Source of the DNA: Polyangiaceae bacterium
GTDB lineage: Bacteria; Myxococcota_A; Polyangia; Polyangiales; Polyangiaceae
DNA: 64,000 nt
NCBI GenBank assembly: GCA_035063585.1
Contig: JAPSGB010000003.1
Location: 224,001 to 288,000 of the forward strand
Direction of reading: 5' to 3'
The notes under the pieces were generated by a model. The model was not told where the DNA came from and ran no database searches. It saw only the letters and a program-made list of their open reading frames with translations. Shown one piece after another: positions 61,156-64,000 of this stretch (its first letter is position 1; the number at the start of each line of letters is the position of its first letter). A program made the position numbers and the translations under genes.

Positions 61156-63585
61156 ATGAAGCACTTCACGCGCGGTGGTCGGGTCTTGGTGATGGCGGCG
61201 GCGCTCTTCGGCGCGCTCGCGAGCGGCTGCGGCTCGAGCGACGACGGCGGCGAGTCGAGCGGGACGTATCACGCGACCATCCGGCGAACGAGCTTCGGCG
61301 TGCCGAACATCCTCGCCGAGGATCTGCCGAGCGCCGGATTCGGCATCGGCTACGCGGCCGCGGAGGACTACGCCTGCATCCTCGCCGATCAGATCGTGAA
61401 GGTGAGGAGCGAGCGCTCGAAGTATTTCGGCGCGGGTGAGCGGGACGCGAACCTCGAGAGTGACTTCGGAGTGCTCGCCGCGAGAGTCTACGAGGCGGCT
61501 CGCGCCGGCTTCCCGAAGCAGAGCGAGCGGACGCGCGAGCTCATCAAAGGGTACGTCGCCGGGTACAACCTCTACCTGAAGGAGCACGCGGACGAGCTAC
61601 CCATGGAGTGCCGCGGCGCCGACTGGGTGAAGCCGATCAGCGCGAACGATCTGCTCGCCTACTATTACTGGCTCGCGCTGCTCGCCAGCCTCCAGCCGCT
61701 CCTGCCCTACCTCTCGAACGCCGCGCCGCCGAACTCGGCGCTCTGGATGCAGCCTCGAGGAACCGTCGACGAGCTCCGCCAGATCTTCCGGCCGCGAGAT
61801 CTCGGCAGCAACGGCTGGGCGATCGGCAAGGACAAGAGCGAAGCGGGTCACGGCATGCTGGTGGCGAACCCGCATTTCCCGTGGGAAGGGAACCTGAAGC
61901 TCTGGGAGTTCGGCGTGAACGTGCCGGGCACGCTCCACGCGCACGGCGTGGGCCTCCTCGGCGTCGGGGCGGTGCTCATCGGCTTCAACGAGAACCTCGC
62001 CTGGACGCACACGGTGACGACCGCCCAGCACTTCACGCTCTACCAGCTCAAGCTCGTGGACGGCGATCCGACCTCGTATCTCTACGACGGCAAGCCGCGC
62101 AAGATGTCGAGCGAGACGGTCGGCGTCGAGGTGCGCGGGGACGACGGCTCGATGAGTCGAGCGTCGCGCACCTTCTGGCGCTCGCACTACGGGCCGATGC
62201 TGAGCCTGCCGGTGCTCGGCTGGACCAACGCGTTCGCGTTCTCGGTGCGTGACGCCAACGAGAACAACCTCGGCATCGTCGAGCAGTTCTTGCGGACCGA
62301 CATGGCCGAGAGCCTCGACGAGCTCGATCGGATCAACGAGGAGGTGCACGGCATCCCGTGGGTGAACACCATGGCGACCGATCGCGACGGCACCGCCTAC
62401 TACGCCGACGCCTCGCGGGTGCCGAACCTCTCGGACGCGACCATGGCCGCCTACGACGCAGCGATGACGAGTGATTTTCCGACCCAGACCGCGGCGTCCC
62501 TCGGCGTCACCATGCTCGACGGCAGCACCTCGCGCGATGAGTGGCTCGAGACGAACGGCGCGCCCGTGGTGCCGTTCTCGAAGAGCCCGAAGCTCCGCCG
62601 CTCGGATTTCGCGTTCAACGCCAACGACTCGTACTGGCTCGCCAACCCGGCGGCGCCGCTCGAGGGCTTCCCGAGACTCTTCGGCAGCGAGCGCACGCCG
62701 CGCAGCCCGCGCACGCGCATGAACGCCATGATGCTCACCGAGCTCGGCGCCGACGGCGCGTCGGGAGCGGACGGCAAGTTCTCCTTCGACGAGCTCTCGG
62801 CAGTGCCGTTCTCGGACCGCGCGAGCATCGCGGAGCTGCTCCGCGACGAGGTGGTCGCGCGCTGTACGGGCGCGCTTCCGATCACCGTGAAGGGAGAGAC
62901 GATAGCTCTCGCGGCCGCCTGCGACGCGCTAAGATCGTGGGATCTGCGCCTCGATCTCGACAGCATCGGAGCGGTCGTGTGGCGCGAGTTCTTGGCCGCG
63001 CTCTCGAACCAGCTCATGGACGCGGGCAAGCTCTTCGCGAATGGGTTCGACGCCGCGCACCCGGTCGCGACCCCGAACGGGCTCACCGCCGCGCCTGCGA
63101 GCGGCGACGACCCGGTGCTGGTGGCGCTCGCCACGGCCGTCTCCAACCTCGGCAAGGCCGGCTTCGCCGTCACCGCGACCCTCGGCGAGCTGCAGCACGC
63201 GCGAAAGGGCGAGCTCGTCATCCCGATCCACGGCGGGAACAACCTCGAGGGCGCGTTCAACATCGTGGGCTATGACGGCGAGTCGGGCACGCTGCTCCGG
63301 TCGACCTCGCAGCCCAAGACGCTGAGCGCCGCCGACCTCACCGATGAGGGCTACATCATCAACAACGGCTCGAGCTTCGTGATGGTGCTCGAGTTCACGG
63401 GCGACGGGCCGCGAGCCCGAGCGCTGCTCACCTACTCCGAGTCGAGCGATCCCGACTCGCCCCACTACGCGGACCAGACGCAGCGCTTCAGCGAGAAACA
63501 GTGGCGCCCCGTCGTCTTCACCGAGGACGAGATCGCAGCGGACCCCGAGCTTCAGACGGTCGAGATCAGCGGCGCGAAGCGGTGA
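61156..63585 (+). CDS. Penicillin/AHL acylase family Ntn-hydrolase (PvdQ/aculeacin acylase-like) lipoprotein
   Basis: Lipobox ASGC; IRRTSFGVP, GYAAAED, GSNGWAIG (Ser nucleophile), ANPHFPW, IGFN, WTHT, PWVNT, SPHYADQT. Confidence 0.92.
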   Translation: MKHFTRGGRVLVMAAALFGALASGCGSSDDGGESSGTYHATIRRTSFGVPNILAEDLPSAGFGIGYAAAEDYACILADQIVKVRSERSKYFGAGERDANLESDFGVLAARVYEAARAGFPKQSERTRELIKGYVAGYNLYLKEHADELPMECRGADWVKPISANDLLAYYYWLALLASLQPLLPYLSNAAPPNSALWMQPRGTVDELRQIFRPRDLGSNGWAIGKDKSEAGHGMLVANPHFPWEGNLKLWEFGVNVPGTLHAHGVGLLGVGAVLIGFNENLAWTHTVTTAQHFTLYQLKLVDGDPTSYLYDGKPRKMSSETVGVEVRGDDGSMSRASRTFWRSHYGPMLSLPVLGWTNAFAFSVRDANENNLGIVEQFLRTDMAESLDELDRINEEVHGIPWVNTMATDRDGTAYYADASRVPNLSDATMAAYDAAMTSDFPTQTAASLGVTMLDGSTSRDEWLETNGAPVVPFSKSPKLRRSDFAFNANDSYWLANPAAPLEGFPRLFGSERTPRSPRTRMNAMMLTELGADGASGADGKFSFDELSAVPFSDRASIAELLRDEVVARCTGALPITVKGETIALAAACDALRSWDLRLDLDSIGAVVWREFLAALSNQLMDAGKLFANGFDAAHPVATPNGLTAAPASGDDPVLVALATAVSNLGKAGFAVTATLGELQHARKGELVIPIHGGNNLEGAFNIVGYDGESGTLLRSTSQPKTLSAADLTDEGYIINNGSSFVMVLEFTGDGPRARALLTYSESSDPDSPHYADQTQRFSEKQWRPVVFTEDEIAADPELQTVEISGAKR

Positions 63586-63720
63586 GCCGGTGAGCGGCGC
63601 GCTCAGTCCGCCACCCCGCGGCTCCGCAGGGTGCGGAGCGCCAGCACGCGGAGCTCGCCTTCCCTCATCGGGAGCGGGAGCTGCTCGCTCGTGAGCGCGG
63701 TGATGATCCCGCGCCCGCGC

Positions 63721-63999
63721 TCAGCCCGCCGCGGCAGCGACGTTCGCCGCGCGGGTGCGCTCGCGCGCGAGCTCGACGAGCTCGCCGAGCCCTTCGCGGG
63801 TCACGCCGGCCGCGGCGCGGAGCGCCTCCGGGGCGTGGTGGACGGCGCGGCGGCCCGCGCGGCCGGCTAGGTTCGCGAGCGCCTCGACCCGCTCGCGCGC
63901 GAGCTGCCAGCGCGACTTGCCGTAGACCTTGGCGACCGCCGCGACGACGTCGACCGCGGTCGAGGCTCCGCTGTGATCGGCGCGGTAGAGGGTGCGCGC
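63721..63999 (-). CDS. 3' end of a hypothetical protein running off the window
   Basis: Open frame ..ARTLYRADHSGAS..KVYGKSRWQLARERVEAL..AAAAG* with GC-rich third positions; stop at 63721-63723. Confidence 0.5.
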   Translation of the reverse strand, partial: ARTLYRADHSGASTAVDVVAAVAKVYGKSRWQLARERVEALANLAGRAGRRAVHHAPEALRAAAGVTREGLGELVELARERTRAANVAAAAG

Positions 64000-64000
64000 G

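Overview
A very GC-rich bacterial chromosomal segment. Gene content suggests Myxococcota, probably Polyangiales-like (inference): MshEN/DUF4388 proteins, an AgmX/PglI-type TonB-like protein, a MYXO-CTERM-like tail, Ser/Thr kinase and FHA signalling, and two sigma-54 activators. About 58 densely packed CDSs mix housekeeping genes (hisD, upp, biotin carboxylase, cysK-like, xseA, aroE, yggX, slyX, serB) with signalling and secreted-protein genes. I see no rRNA, tRNA, CRISPR array or mobile element. Best leads: (1) a TPR-type sigma-54 activator translationally coupled to a small lipoprotein with a repeated KPTPDPW motif, followed by a membrane histidine kinase, which resembles a peptide-signalling cassette; (2) a nitrosative-stress island (cupin, DUF488, NnrS, methyltransferase, Ric, cupredoxin) around a minimal sigma-54 activator whose only input is a ~35-aa Cys-rich peptide, with a sigma-54 promoter inside its own 3' end and several candidate operators; (3) probable pseudo-enzymes, namely a GH133 debranching enzyme lacking both catalytic carboxylates and a degenerate MshEN/HD-GYP/REC/DUF4388 protein. 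All calls come from motif reading without database searches, and many start codons were re-chosen by eye.
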